NCBI GenBank assembly: GCA_013239625.1
Contig: MU054187.1
Span: 5,653,757 to 5,717,756, forward strand
Direction: 5' to 3'
Length of the DNA: 64,000 bases
DNA from: Lama guanicoe
Lineage: Eukaryota
The notes under the pieces were generated by a model, which was not told where the DNA came from, did not search any database, and saw nothing but the letters and a program-made list of their open reading frames with translations. The position numbers and the translations under genes were made by a program. Positions 52,001 through 64,000 of this stretch are shown in pieces (the stretch's first letter is position 1; the number at the start of each line of letters is the position of its first letter).

Positions 52001-52538
52001 CCTTCAATATTTTGATTAGTTTCGCTTGGTTTGTGCAAAATTGCGCACATTAAATAGAGCGGTACCTTTACAATGACTTAGCAATTATGCTGCCATCATA
52101 TTGGCCCCCTGGACCTGCAAGTTTTACCAAATAAATGTTTTAAAGAGATCATCATTAGATCTTAACAATTTCATCCCCAATAAAGGCTGTGAATGCACTG
52201 CTGTGAATACACCTCTAAAAACATTGCATTGCTAGAACCCATAAGCAATATAATTGTTCTTAGGCTCTCTGAGTAGAAATTTTCCCTCAAAGATCCCACT
52301 AATTCAAGCAGACATGAAACAAAAATCAATCTAGACTGAAAATTAGGGATTTATGTGTTCAAAAATAAGAGCAGATATGGGAATAATCCTGTTAGATGCA
52401 GACTAAAATTAAAATCTGATATACAAGTGGAACAAAGATAACACTGAGGATATGAGAGAAAGCCTGTCTTCAGAAAATTCTACATAGTTTCTTATCAACT
52501 ATGGTCTGCCAATAAATAACATGCAAACACGACTCGAG

Positions 52539-52880
52539 TGTACCAGTTATCCATTGCTGTGTAACAAGCCTCCCCAAAACACAGTGGCTTAAAACAATGA
52601 ATGATAATTGAACTGGATTCTGAAAGTGGCCTCTGTTTCTTCTGTTCCATGTGATGAAGTCTGGCATCAGCCATGGACTGGGAGTCCAAGGAGGCTGGGG
52701 TCTCCTCCACGTGGACCCTGTTCCTCCACAGCCTCTTCAAGTGGCCTGTCTCTCCAGCAGGATAGTCTGAACTTCCCAACAATCTGGCAGCTGGGGTCCT
52801 GAAGCACAAAAGCAGGAGGTTCTAGACCTTTAAAGGCCCAGGTCCAGAACTGCACAGCATCACCTCTTCCATAATATGGA
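52539..52880 (-). mobile_element. MLT1H/I-like MaLR LTR
   Basis: TGTACCAGTTATCCATTGCTGTGTAACAAGCCTCCCCAAAACACAGTGGCTTAAAACAA and CCAGAACTGCACAGCATCACCTC. Confidence 0.8.
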
Positions 52881-55274
52881 ACTTCCAGATTAGAATGCAG
52901 ACTAATTAACAAATCCCAAAAAAGGCCTTACTCAGCTTACCGCTGGTATCTGAGAAAGCAGACAGTTAGGAAGCAAGAATCTACAACAACATCAAAAACA
53001 AAGAGTGACCAATGAGCTTGACCTCAGAATGAAGGAAAGGTACAGGTTGTCAGAGGGGAGAGGAAAAGCAATTCATGGCTGACATGCGTTCTACCTCCCG
53101 AGTCAAAATGATGAAACAGGGAAATGAAAGATACCAATTCCTACTGCCGACCCCTGGCACGAGGGCAAGAAAGCTGCACTGACCCAGACACAGTAAGTAC
53201 AAACACAGAAGAGAGAGAGAGAGAGAATATGGAATTTTACTTATTCTAAAATGTGTGTGTATAGCCTGTCCTCAATGGCACCAATTCCTATTAAATTTAA
53301 GATGGGCCACAATAAATCAGAAGCCTCCTTTTCCAACCTTAATATGTATCAGCTATTGCCAGCATGAGTGCCCTGCTACGGAGAACCAGGGCTTCCCAGT
53401 GGTTCCTAAATCCAGCTCTGGCCTTTCCTCTTCCCCCTTGCTCATGTGGTCCTCCACCCTGTGTCTTTCCTGGCCTCACCTTATCTCTGCCTGTAACAGC
53501 CTGAATGTTGCCTAAGGTCCAGCTCAGAAGTCACCAACGCTGTAAAGCCTCTCCTGGTTCCTCACCTGGTTGTGATGACCTTACTTTTCGCTTTGGCAGA
53601 ACCGCTTGTGCTACAGTGACCGTGAGGACCTAGATGAAGCTGGCCTTGAAGCAAACGGCAATGGTCATCTGCTTGGTCCAACTCTCAACGACCCAGGTTT
53701 GCAAGGGCGGGGCGCAGGAGCTGCTCTTGTCGTCAGGCGATGCTGTGGGCATGTTACTTACTTCAGAATCATTTTTAGTTTAAAAAAATCTGACAATGTC
53801 CATTTCAATACATTGTTTCAATACAGTGTCCCCACGATACAATTTCTGAGCCTAAAATTCCTGTTTACCTAAATTGTACGGTGTTTACAAACTGTAGCTG
53901 CTTACATCAAACACAAAGCAGGAACACATTTATGGAGAAAAGCTGGGTGCTTTCACTCTCCAGTTACTCTGGGAGGATGTTTGTTCACGTTGGGAGGCCA
54001 ATGGTGTTTTGCAGCATTTACGCATGAGAGGATATCCCTGAGGGGCGACAGAGGGAGCTGTAGGGTGCAAAACTGCCACTGTGTCTTGTCTAACTAACTT
54101 CCCCTCCCACCGCCCCTCCTCCATTCTCCTTTTTTACCGCCCTTTCCCATCTCTTGTTGATGAGCACAAGGGCTGTGTCTGAGTGTCTAGCACACAGTGA
54201 CTTACACATAGGAGGTACTCGGTGTTGACTTGCATTTTTAATAAACTAAGCTTGGTATAGATCACTAGCAAGTTCCAACTCTTAGCAAAGCAGAGGTCCA
54301 CTAAGGCCGTCACTAGAATGCCTACACTGCAATCTTTAAAAAAATAATCTAAAATGTGTTATTGTATATTTGTCTGAGACATCACACAGATCTTTGCTAA
54401 AGTATGCAATTCCAAACAAATGCTTTGGTCAAAAACGTTTGATCAACTTCCCCTTTCTTAATTTTAATTCTTTTTGGTATGTTCACTGAATTGAAAAGGA
54501 TTCCACAAAGAATCAAGAGGGCCAGGAAAACTGCCGTAGAAAAACTGGTCGGGGTAGAAGACCCTATTTCTCTAACTGAGCCACATTGCATGAGGGTAAG
54601 GTCTGTCTAGTGTCCCAGAGAATCCAACTCTCCCAACCCAATCTGCCATCAGCCTAATTCATATTCAGGATTCTCAAAAATGGCAGTTTTCAGTTTCTCA
54701 GGAATCTAAGCATCTGCAATGTACTTTGTGCAATGAAATAAAACAAATTTTTAATATTTGGCCGAGACTTAAATCCTCAAGAGCCAAGACTCAGAGCAAA
54801 TATTTCCACATTAATTGAAAATTTTATTGTCAAATATATTTCATGGTTTATTCATGCACAGTAGTGCCACTTGTCTCCTACCATTCACTCCAATGATTTC
54901 ACGGAGAAGCCAGGGGCTATTTTCAAAATTGGGGTGACATTTAGAATCAGGGTGACATTGTTTTTCTCACATGCAAAAATAATTATTTCTTCCTTTATGC
55001 TGAATATCTTCTCCACTGGGTGATTTCGCTGATAATAATATCTTTCCTGCGTAGCTCAAAGGACAGTTATAAGGATCCAAAAAGAGAGAAACTCATGTGA
55101 ATCTGCTACATAAACTGCAGAGGGTTTTCTAAATATTGTAGATTGTTATCATCATTATTATTACTCATCCAAAGTGAGACTCAAGCACCAGGGCTCAAGG
55201 GGATGTGGAACCCAATTGAGGAAATTAATTTGGAAATGTACACGGAGAGGAGAGAGACAGCCCTCTGATGAAGG

Positions 55275-55475
55275 CGCCGGCGGAACAAGACTGCGTTCAG
55301 TTCTGTCTCCGCCCATTAATCTTATGCAAGTTACTTAACTGACCTAAAACCCAATATTTTTCATTTGTTGCGCAGGGATAATAAGAGCATTCTATCAGAT
55401 TTCTATATTAGTAAGTTAGACCATGTGTCTGAAATATCTGCTCGCCAGTAAGTGCTCACTTGTTAGCTATCACTG
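55275..55475 (+). mobile_element. MIR SINE
   Basis: GCAAGTTACTTAAC...GGGATAATAA...AGTAAGTGCTCA. Confidence 0.7.
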
Positions 55476-55524
55476 CTGCACTAGAACATAAGCACCGCAA
55501 AAGCAGGGCCACAGCCCTTTCGTG

Positions 55525-56030
55525 CATTTATTTATTCATTTTTTTTAAACAAACGTTTATTACCAGACTCTGCTCTTGGCACTGAGTCTGCAGCAGTGAG
55601 GGAGACAAGGCCCCTGCTCACAACATTAAACAAGTAACTGAGGTCATTTCACAGGGTGACGAGTACCGCTAAGAAGCTGATTTGGGTACATCACACAGAG
55701 TTACAGGAGTGCAGGGCGGGAAGCAGCGGCTAAAGGCAGGAGTCCTAAGGCCGCCCAGAAGGATCACGTTCAACTTAACCTCTTGCCACCTTTCTGGTGT
55801 TAGGTCCCACATGCCAGCCGTGCAAAGATCTGAGGGACGAGATCTTCACCCTGTGGAAACAGTATTTGCCACGTGTCTAGATTGAAAACTGGCTTATTGT
55901 GTTCAGAAGACAGAAGGGGCCCCGATCTGTCTTGAGCTGGATGAATGAGAGGAGGAGCTGATGGGAGAAACATGATGAAGGTGGAGAAACAGAGCACCCG
56001 CATCACCTGGCGCTCAGTGGGCCACGTGAG
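55525..56030 (-). mobile_element. L2 LINE 3' region
   Basis: CATTTATTTATTCATT...CTCTTGGCACTGAG...AGACAAGGCCCCTGCTC is the antisense L2 end. Confidence 0.6.
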
Positions 56031-56394
56031 AAAGCGCGGCTGTGTTCCAGTGGCACTGCAGCTTGCCACTCCATAGCCACTTGCTTATCTTTTTTGAATA
56101 ATGTAACTAATATATTCACAAAGTATTTTTAATAGCAACACTAAGAAGGCATTCAGGATACTTTAGAGACTTGGAGACTCTTAAAGAGATGCCTTCTCTC
56201 AAGGAAAAATCAGAAACTAGCCATGCATCCCACTTTTTTAAGTGGTATGTATTTAATTTAGCAGTGACTCTTAAGGCAACATCTCTCCTTTGTTCATCAC
56301 ATTCAATAAAAATGGCTCTTCTGACCATACATCACTGGGCAAAGGCGAGGCTCTGCTTTTAACCTGGAGCGAAGATGGTCACATCTGGGATTAT

Positions 56395-56589
56395 AGCAGA
56401 GATGGTTTACATCTGAGATGTTGTGAATGTTCTTGTTTGCGCTCTCCAAAATGTGGCTACTGAATCCTTAATGTGCGGCTAGTGTGACCGAGGAATGAAG
56501 TCTCTAATTTTGCTTCATTTTAATTAATTCCAATGCAAAGAGCTTCAGGTGGCAGGAGCCCTGGGCGGCTACTGTGCTGAGTAGTGCAG
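56395..56589 (+). mobile_element. MER3-like hAT-Charlie MITE
   Basis: ATGTGGCTACTGAATCCTTAATGTGCGGCTAGTGTGACCGAGGAA...TTTTAATTAATT...GGCTACTGTGCTGAGTAGTGCAG. Confidence 0.7.
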
Positions 56590-59500
56590 ATTGTATTTTC
56601 CTTTGCCTTTGCCATTTGCCTTCCTGAAGTGGCTCGTCAGCCTCCCCCATCTCATCCCCACCGGTATTTCCTCCCTCTCACTCGGGCATGTGCTGTGGCC
56701 CATTGACTGAGCTGTTTGCAATGCTAGTCATGGAGACGGTTCCTGGGTGAGCCGCTTACCCTCACTCTGCTGGCTGGTCTTGACTCCACCCCAACCCACA
56801 GCCATCTCTGCATCTGTGCTGAGATGATGAGATGGACCTCGTGCAACCACATGGACACAGAAAGCGTGCCCATCTCTGCAGGCCAACGAGTAACACGAAA
56901 TTGGTGAGTAGGAGACAATTCCCCCGTTTGCCAAGGGTGGCTTCATCCATCTTAAGTGAATCACCTGTGTGGTACTTTTGCCAGATGTACAAGGCACACC
57001 TGTATCAGGTCAAAAGAAGATGAGAGACGTTCCAGAATTAACCTAAACTTAGTTACTCCCAAATTCAAGGAATTATTATATTCTTTTCTATTAGTTAAAT
57101 CTTCCAAATCTGTCTTATTCACAGTATCAATGATACTGAATCTAATGGATAAACATTTTTAAAGAAATGTAACAGCTGTTCGAATTTAACTGCACATAAA
57201 ACATTCCACTTTTGAATACAGCACTCATTTGTATCTTCAATGGGGAGGCAGGCAGAGAATGCAGGTTTTTGGCTTTTCTTCTCAAGTTTGCCACTATCCA
57301 AGGAGCGAGTCAGTCACAAGGATGATTACAAGGAACCTCACAGCAGATTATCAGAGCAATATTTATGGCAATTCAAACTGGCTGCTTCATGTTTTATTTT
57401 CTGCTGCAAACACAATTTCCAGACTTAAACATTTTTTTTACAAGTGTTATTTAGGTTCCTTGGACATCAAAGAACCCTTTAAAAACAGATTTTGATGAGT
57501 CAGGAGTAGATAAATCAGAAGCATGCAGATTAAATGTCTACGAGGGGAAAAACCTAGAGGAAATGTGCTTAAGGAGAAATTCATTTGGGATCATCCTGAA
57601 ACCAAACCATTTTTAAACCATTTTTAACCATGTTTTAAATGTTTATTTTTCAAAACTCACTTATTGGAGGATCTAAAGTTAAAGCCTTCTTTAAGTGCTT
57701 AGATAACAGATTCCATTGTTTCCCTGTTTCAGGCACAGTAACCTCAAGGCACCCTGTCCTGGCAAAGTTCTTAATGATACGTATAGAAACCCTCATGTCT
57801 AAGTCAATAACACAGACTTTCAGGATTTCTAGGTCAGATGTGATTACTTTACTTCGTTCAACAGCACTGAGAGCCACTCCCACCCAGCTAATCTCAATGG
57901 CCGCATCTCACAGCATCCGTCGTATTAACAGTTTAAGTTTCTTTTAATTAATCCTTTTCCTACCAGAGTAAGGAGTGTATAGTATTTCTCTGACCTAAGG
58001 ATTGTGGAGTTCTTGGCAGGTATTCTATACTACAGTAATATTTTTCAAATTCAGATATCTGGGACCCAGGAGTATATGTCATTGGATCCCAAGAGGGGCA
58101 AGGATATCAGTGTGAAATTTTTGGTGTTGTCTCAGAAGTGAATATAACCACACACACTGAAAGTACGTGGCAAGGCTCGATTGTGAAGTGGTCACCTACA
58201 AGACCCAAAGAATCCTTCCATGATTTTTGTGGTTCTATTTTAAGCATCTTCATATTACAAACACAAAATAAGGAATGTTCTTAGAGGAGTATTGGACTTT
58301 AGAAAAGAGAACCAACAACTCTAGTTTAAGAAACACCCTTCCAGAAACTACACATTTAGTCAATTACAATTTAGGGAAACCCTTCCTTATTTTAGGTATA
58401 TCTCCAGAACGTAGATTCATCATTGCTGTGTCCTCCCTAGTTATCATAGAGAATGTCAAATAAATAGCAACAAATATGTCTGTGTAAACTCATAAGTTAA
58501 GGAGGGAATTAATTCCTAATTCGAGTTAGGGATAAGCCCAGTGTACGTCTGCCCATCATTCCCCAGCTTGCAACGCCACAATACTCCACGCATCACTTTG
58601 TTCTTCGTCCTGGACATGGATTTGCTCGCTGAGTTTCCTAACTTATGAATGTGTCCATTATTTCTTTCTGTTAACCAAGGAACAGAAGACAATGTTAGTC
58701 TATCAGAAAATGTTTTGCCCAAGAGTAGATTTTGTTGGAAATTCCAGGTCTGTGTGGTCCAATCTGATTCTCCACAGTTCTCACCACTGAGATTAATGGA
58801 CTGACCCTGAGGTCAACTGGAAAGGTTGATGGAATAAAGAGGCTCACGTATTTCTGGAAACTTGGTCTTAAGTCAGGTCTTCGAGGTAGGACAATGAATC
58901 CATTCAAAAAGTATTTGTTTAGCATTTATATATCTGTTGAGTATTTACTATATTTATATCCGTAAAAACCTTCTAAGTAATCATGAATGGACAGAATTTT
59001 AGGCTAAGCAATTGGACAGAATACCTTCAGAACATCTTCTAGATGCCTCTTAGTAAATTTGTGCCCTTTGGAACAGGTAACTATGTAATTATAGAATTAA
59101 TGATTGATGAGATTTTTCCAGAGGAAAAAAATTAACTATATTGAATACAGCCTCCGGAAAGTTGTCCTTCAACAGGCATAATTTTCTTTTTGCTCAGTCC
59201 TGCAGGATAAGCTGCATATTAAAATAGTTCAACAGCAGCTAGCACTGTATTTGGGGTAATTAATTCAACAGCTTTGTGCTACTGAATACCGTTGTTCCAT
59301 AATGACACAGATACTGTGAAACTATTCAAATTCTACACTGTAGTCCGGTAGAAGCTACTTATCTGGAACTATCTATTAACCAGGACTTGTGTACCTGTAC
59401 AATACAATGGAAACTGATGTTTATAGTCATGTCTTAAAGGCACCTGGAGATCTCAAAATGCCTCCTAAAAAATGTCACCTAGAGCATAAGGCAGTTAAGC

Positions 59501-61604
59501 TCGATCAATCCGCAACCATGTCTCTATTACTCCATGTAGAGATGATTAAAAAAATGTGTTAAAATGTGGTTTCTGCTTACAAGACACTGACAGCCATAGA
59601 GAGAATTATAACCCACCTAATAAATCTTTAATCTCTGAAAAAAAAAGAGATGACCTTGATGGACATTCCCTAACAACTACCTCGCTCTCCATATTTTTGA
59701 AGTGGAAATGTACAGGTATTTATTTTGGATCATGGTTGCTAAATTGGGGAAATAGACATGTCACCCAAATCACACTAATTGAATTTCAGTCCATGTTCAA
59801 GATCAGCCTCTAATTCCACCTGCTATGCATACCCAGAGTCCACATCTGTTCTTAGGTAAAAGATGGACAGTGGTTCTATTTCGACAACTTCTAAAATGTG
59901 AGCATATTCCACAATCATTTTGACAAATTTGCTTCAGGGAAAATTTGAGCATTGGAAACAGGCCCAAAATGAAGGGTCACCTGCTTGAGCATCTGGCCAA
60001 GTTTTGCCAACAGCAACAATTTAATTGGTAGGCGATATTCAAATACAAGTGTGGGGCTATTCAGGATATTGTTGATAACTGAGGGGGAGAAAATTATACT
60101 CATTTCTTTTTCTCTGTAAGTTTCTGTTTTGACTTAAATTTAAACTTACAGAAAAGTTGCTGGTGTGTTGTCTACATTTTCTCACCTCGAATCATTGTTT
60201 ACACTTGTTTTATCCATTTGCTCTATCATTCCCTCTGTCTCTTCTTTCTCTCTTTCTGTCTGTCTGCCTTCTCTCTCTCTCTCTGTGTCTCTCTCTCCAG
60301 TGTCCCAGTGAATTTATCCATCTGTCTCACTCTACTGGACCCTACATTTCTTGAGGTAGAGACTGTCTTACCGGTTTTGGACCCTTGTGCTCAGTGGTTC
60401 TGAACTGTAGGCCCATGTTGATTACTTTGCCCATATGCTGATGGGCTCATGCAAGGAGGCCAGAAGATCAGTGGCAGGCATTCTAACTGAGAATAACTGA
60501 TGGCCGAGGGAAAAGCCAATGAGGAGAGAGAGACCACAGTTACAGAAGAGAGAGAATAACCCAGTCGACAAAAGAGGAGACAATAGAAGCAAGAGCCTAC
60601 GACTTGTCGGAGAAGAATATCTAGACTTGGAAATGAGAATGGAGAGGCAGTGGAGGGCATTCCAGAGCAATGCTGAAGCAGAGAGACAGCAGATTGAGGT
60701 TACTTGCTGTATGTATACAACCATAAATCAAGAAGCCATGCACCAAATTCCTTTCAAATGTATGTGTTTATGTTTTTAAAAAGTTAGCTTTTAAATTTGA
60801 CTTTCTCCCAAAATACACTTCAACAAAGTAATGTCTGTCTTCAATTTGAGACCCAAATTCTTTTTACCCATAGCACTTTTATTGGAAATTTGACCTTCAC
60901 ATAGAGTTCTGGTAAAATCCAGCAACTCTTGTTTACAGTGTCTTTTATAGAACTAGCATAATTTTAAGAAACAAACTGAAGAGGAATGTGAAGTAAAGGC
61001 TTGATAAAAATGCATTTGTTTCTGACAAGCAGTGATAAGGTTCTGATATTTTTCCCCTGATATTTTTTTGAATTCTTTTTCAGAAAACTGAGCTGTTCAA
61101 TAACAGTCAATATCAACATCAGTCTGGTTCATTACCAGACTCACACTGGGCGGAGGGGAAGGGTTTCTCAATCTCTTCCTTCCACCTGACCCCTCCTTTC
61201 ACTCCCAGCGAGAACTCTGTCACTTGGCACAAGTTTTCCCAAAACCAGCAGCTCCTAGGTGACCCCCGGCAAGCCTATTTTATTGCCGTCGGTGCCCTCA
61301 CGAGCCCGAATAAACCACGAATCACTGCTATTAAGGTCACTTCTGATAAAGACGTGTTAATACCCCTTTGATAAAAATCAGTGGAACCAGAATCATCACA
61401 GTGGTAACAGTGAAATGATGCAGTCAGTGAGGTGTCCTCCAGGAGGGAACCCAGAAGGGCCTCTCGTGGGACTTTCTATTTCAGGCGACTCCTCAAGCTT
61501 TCTGACGATGAGAGTTTCTGTTTTCCTTCCAAGCTCAATAGAGTTTGGCTCTGAATGTGGTCTTCTTATGGTACAGCTATGGCTGGAGAAACAGAAATAA
61601 TGAA

Positions 61605-61810
61605 AAAATAATGGCTGAGATTTATTCAGTGCCTACTAGGGGCCAGGCACTGGCTACGCACACTACATTTGTTACTGCCTTCCATTTTCACAATACTCCT
61701 GTGAGCTGCTACAGTGTCCCCGCTGTCTGGATGGCCTGTGTTCACAGAACAAGCAGGTGGGCAGGAGGTAACCAGGGTGGCAGTGGAACTCCAGACACTA
61801 GATTCTAGGA
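61605..61810 (-). mobile_element. MIR SINE
   Basis: ATAATGGCTGAGATTTATTCAGTGCCTACTAGGGGCCAGGCACTG...TTCACAATACTCCTGTGAG. Confidence 0.7.
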
Positions 61811-62065
61811 AGAAGCCATTTGCAAGTCTCTTCAAGTCCCAGGGGACTGCAACCAACACCTTGACTTGTACACCAAGTCTGCCTCCCTACTGGAATCCGT
61901 GCCCAGAGGGGTTCAGGTGCCAAATTTTTCGCTATAAGTTGGCAAAATAGAACCACTGTCCATCTTTTATCTTGTAACTGTCACTACAATTTATTTGAGA
62001 TATCTCATTATTTTACTATGAGGATCTTATAAAAAATAAATCAAAACCTTATAATAATAAATGTA

Positions 62066-62522
62066 GTTCAGCTCTGTTCACAATAGCCAAGATGTGGGAT
62101 TAACCTAAAGGTGAATCGATGGATGAATGGAGAAAGAAAATGTGGCGCATACCTACAATGGAATACTCGTCAGCCTCAGAAAGAAGGAAATCCTGCCATC
62201 TGTGACAACATAGATGAACGTTGAGGACAGTATGCTAAGGGAAACAGATGAGATAAGCAAAGAAGGACAAATACTGCATGATTCCATGTACCTGGAGTAG
62301 TCAGACTCATAGAAGCACAGAGGAGAATGGTGGGGTCAAGGTCTGGGGGAGGGGAGATGGGGACTTGCTAACCAAATGGGCATAAACTTTCAGTTATTCA
62401 AGATGAGGAAGTTCCAGAGATCTGCTGTACAATATTGTGCCCGTAGGTAACGCTGTAGTCTGCACTTTAAAACCTGTTAAGAGGATAAATCTCATGTTAT
62501 ATATTCTTAAATAAATAAATAA
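62066..62522 (+). mobile_element. L1MA/L1MB 3' end
   Basis: TTCACAATAGCCAAGATGTGG, GGATGAATGGAGAAAGAAAATGTGG, GAAGGAAATCCTGCCATCTGTGACAACATAGATGAAC, and an (AAAT)n tail. Confidence 0.88.
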
Positions 62523-63873
62523 GTACCCCTTTTTTATTAAAAGCAGAGAATGTCTTTTAAAATATGTATTATATTAAAACCCATGCCCTTAAACTCCAAA
62601 AAACATTTTCTGTGCTTTTCATTGATGCGTGTACACACACACGCACATACACACATGTACACACACACACACATATGCAGATGTACACACACCAATGATT
62701 TACCTCTAATAACATTTCAGTATACATCACATCTTCTCAAGTGTTCATGCAGCATGCGCCAAGGGGGATCAATTCCATAATGAGGTGAAACCGATGGGAA
62801 ACAGGTTGCTTTTCGGCTTAACTACGTCTCCTTCCGAGCTGACAGGAGATTCAACCTCTAAGTTGTTTTTGACATTTGACATTTGATAACCGACCTGGCT
62901 ATACGATGTCAGTTTTGAAAGCTCTTATCGGTAACAGGTGCTCTCCCTACTCTTTCGATAGCATTTTACAGCTTATTTGGAGGGTAAATGTAGGGCCGAT
63001 TTTCCTATCTTTCCCCTTCCTGAGCTAAAGAACACTGCACTAAAATTCCCCTAAAATATTCCCCTCTATTCTCTTCTCCTGTGTCTCTTCCTCGTCTCCC
63101 TGCAAGGATTTATTTTTTTTTAATCTAATAACCAAAATGGCTGCTTGCCCAAAACTGAAGAACTGTCATGGGGGTAGCCTGGCTATTTTCTCTATTAACC
63201 ATGCAGTCGAGGACTAAATCTGACAGATTTCTCAGAAATAGCTTTGCTTGTCAGTATCACAGTAATGATTCAAGAACAGTTAGGCTAAACGCCTCAGACT
63301 TTTCTAAACACACAGCTGATACCATGTTCTTTTCCATTTTATGAGCGGCTGTTGACATTGAGATTTTCCACATCCTCAGAGCCGCTCTGCTACCTCTGTT
63401 GGAAGGACTGGCTATTTCAGTCAATGCGAGTTGCTCCGACAAAAAATGTGCCTAGAACATCCCCTGGTGGTGACAGCAGGAATCAGCAGTTTCAACACAA
63501 CTAAAGGTTCATTGTCCGGCCCCTCTCTGCACAGCCAACACGTCCCAGGACATACACTTAATAATAGAGAATTCTGATGCTTGCAAGACATTTCAACTCC
63601 GCAGCCACTGATGTTAGTCACTCTGCTGTCGAAGTTCTCGACACGCGGGAGCATCATCACATCACGGGACTTCTCCACTTTTTTCTGTTCCAGGCGTAAA
63701 TCTGAACGTAAAGAGCAAAGACACCTGACAGGTCTGTTTTTTGAAAGGCAAGATCTCGTATGATACTTTCTTTTGTAAATTTCCACAAAGGTAAATAAAA
63801 TATTATTCCATAAAGATAAGTATTAAAAATTATTACACAGGAAAAAAAAAGTTAAAATCATGGAAACAGAAGA

Positions 63874-64000
63874 GGGGAGGGTGTGTTCAGCGGTAGAGCG
63901 CATGCTTAGCATGCACGAGGTTCTGGGTTCAATCCCCACTCCCTCCTTTAAAAAAAAAAAAGCAAATAAACAAACCTAATTACCTCCTCCCTAAAAAATA
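63874..64000 (+). mobile_element. tRNA-derived SINE, Vic-1-like (long-tail form), running to the window edge
   Basis: GGGGAGGGTGTGTTCAGCGGTAGAGCGCATGCTTAGCATGCACGAGGTTCTGGGTTCAATCCCC, an A run, then AAACCTAATTACCTCCTCCC. Confidence 0.9.

Noticed and set aside
57650..57960. Minus-strand exon candidate (GTGAGT donor near 57660; ORF GVALSAVERSK...)
   Set aside because: In-frame stops lie just upstream, no homology is recognised and no partner exons were found.
59230..59290. miRNA-like hairpin (TAGCAC...GTGCTA)
   Set aside because: The stem is short and interrupted, and it matches no mature miRNA I know.
63257..63786. Two overlapping minus-strand ORFs (121 aa and 61 aa) as one large exon
   Set aside because: They are in different frames with no recognisable domain; such lengths occur by chance in 64 kb.
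1..64000. CRISPR arrays, operons or other prokaryotic systems
   Set aside because: No regularly spaced repeats or dense ORFs; the sequence is mammalian throughout.

Overview
Mammalian non-coding DNA, AT-rich and repeat-dense. It is most likely camelid (Camelus/Vicugna/Lama), inferred from three Vic-1-like tRNA-derived SINEs and cetartiodactyl-type L1 3' ends. I cannot support any intact protein-coding exon; the supplied ORFs look like chance frames or repeat fragments, so the window is probably intergenic or deep intronic. Recognisable content is L1, L2, L3/CR1, MIR, MaLR/ERV LTRs, hAT MITEs, microsatellites, one small CpG-rich island (~16.04-16.42 kb) and a strong CTCF-like motif. The best unexplained signal is a decayed Myb/SANT-like reading frame of the NAIF1/TSNARE1 (PIF/Harbinger-derived) type at 39881-40153. 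It has a perfect 12-bp inverted repeat ~200 bp upstream and weak transposase-like traces downstream, so it may be an ancient Harbinger fossil or a lost domesticated gene. There is also a four-level nested transposon stack at ~23.9-26.7 kb containing a complete ERV1-type solo LTR. All family names come from visual comparison with remembered consensus sequences, not from database searches; boundaries of old repeats are approximate.
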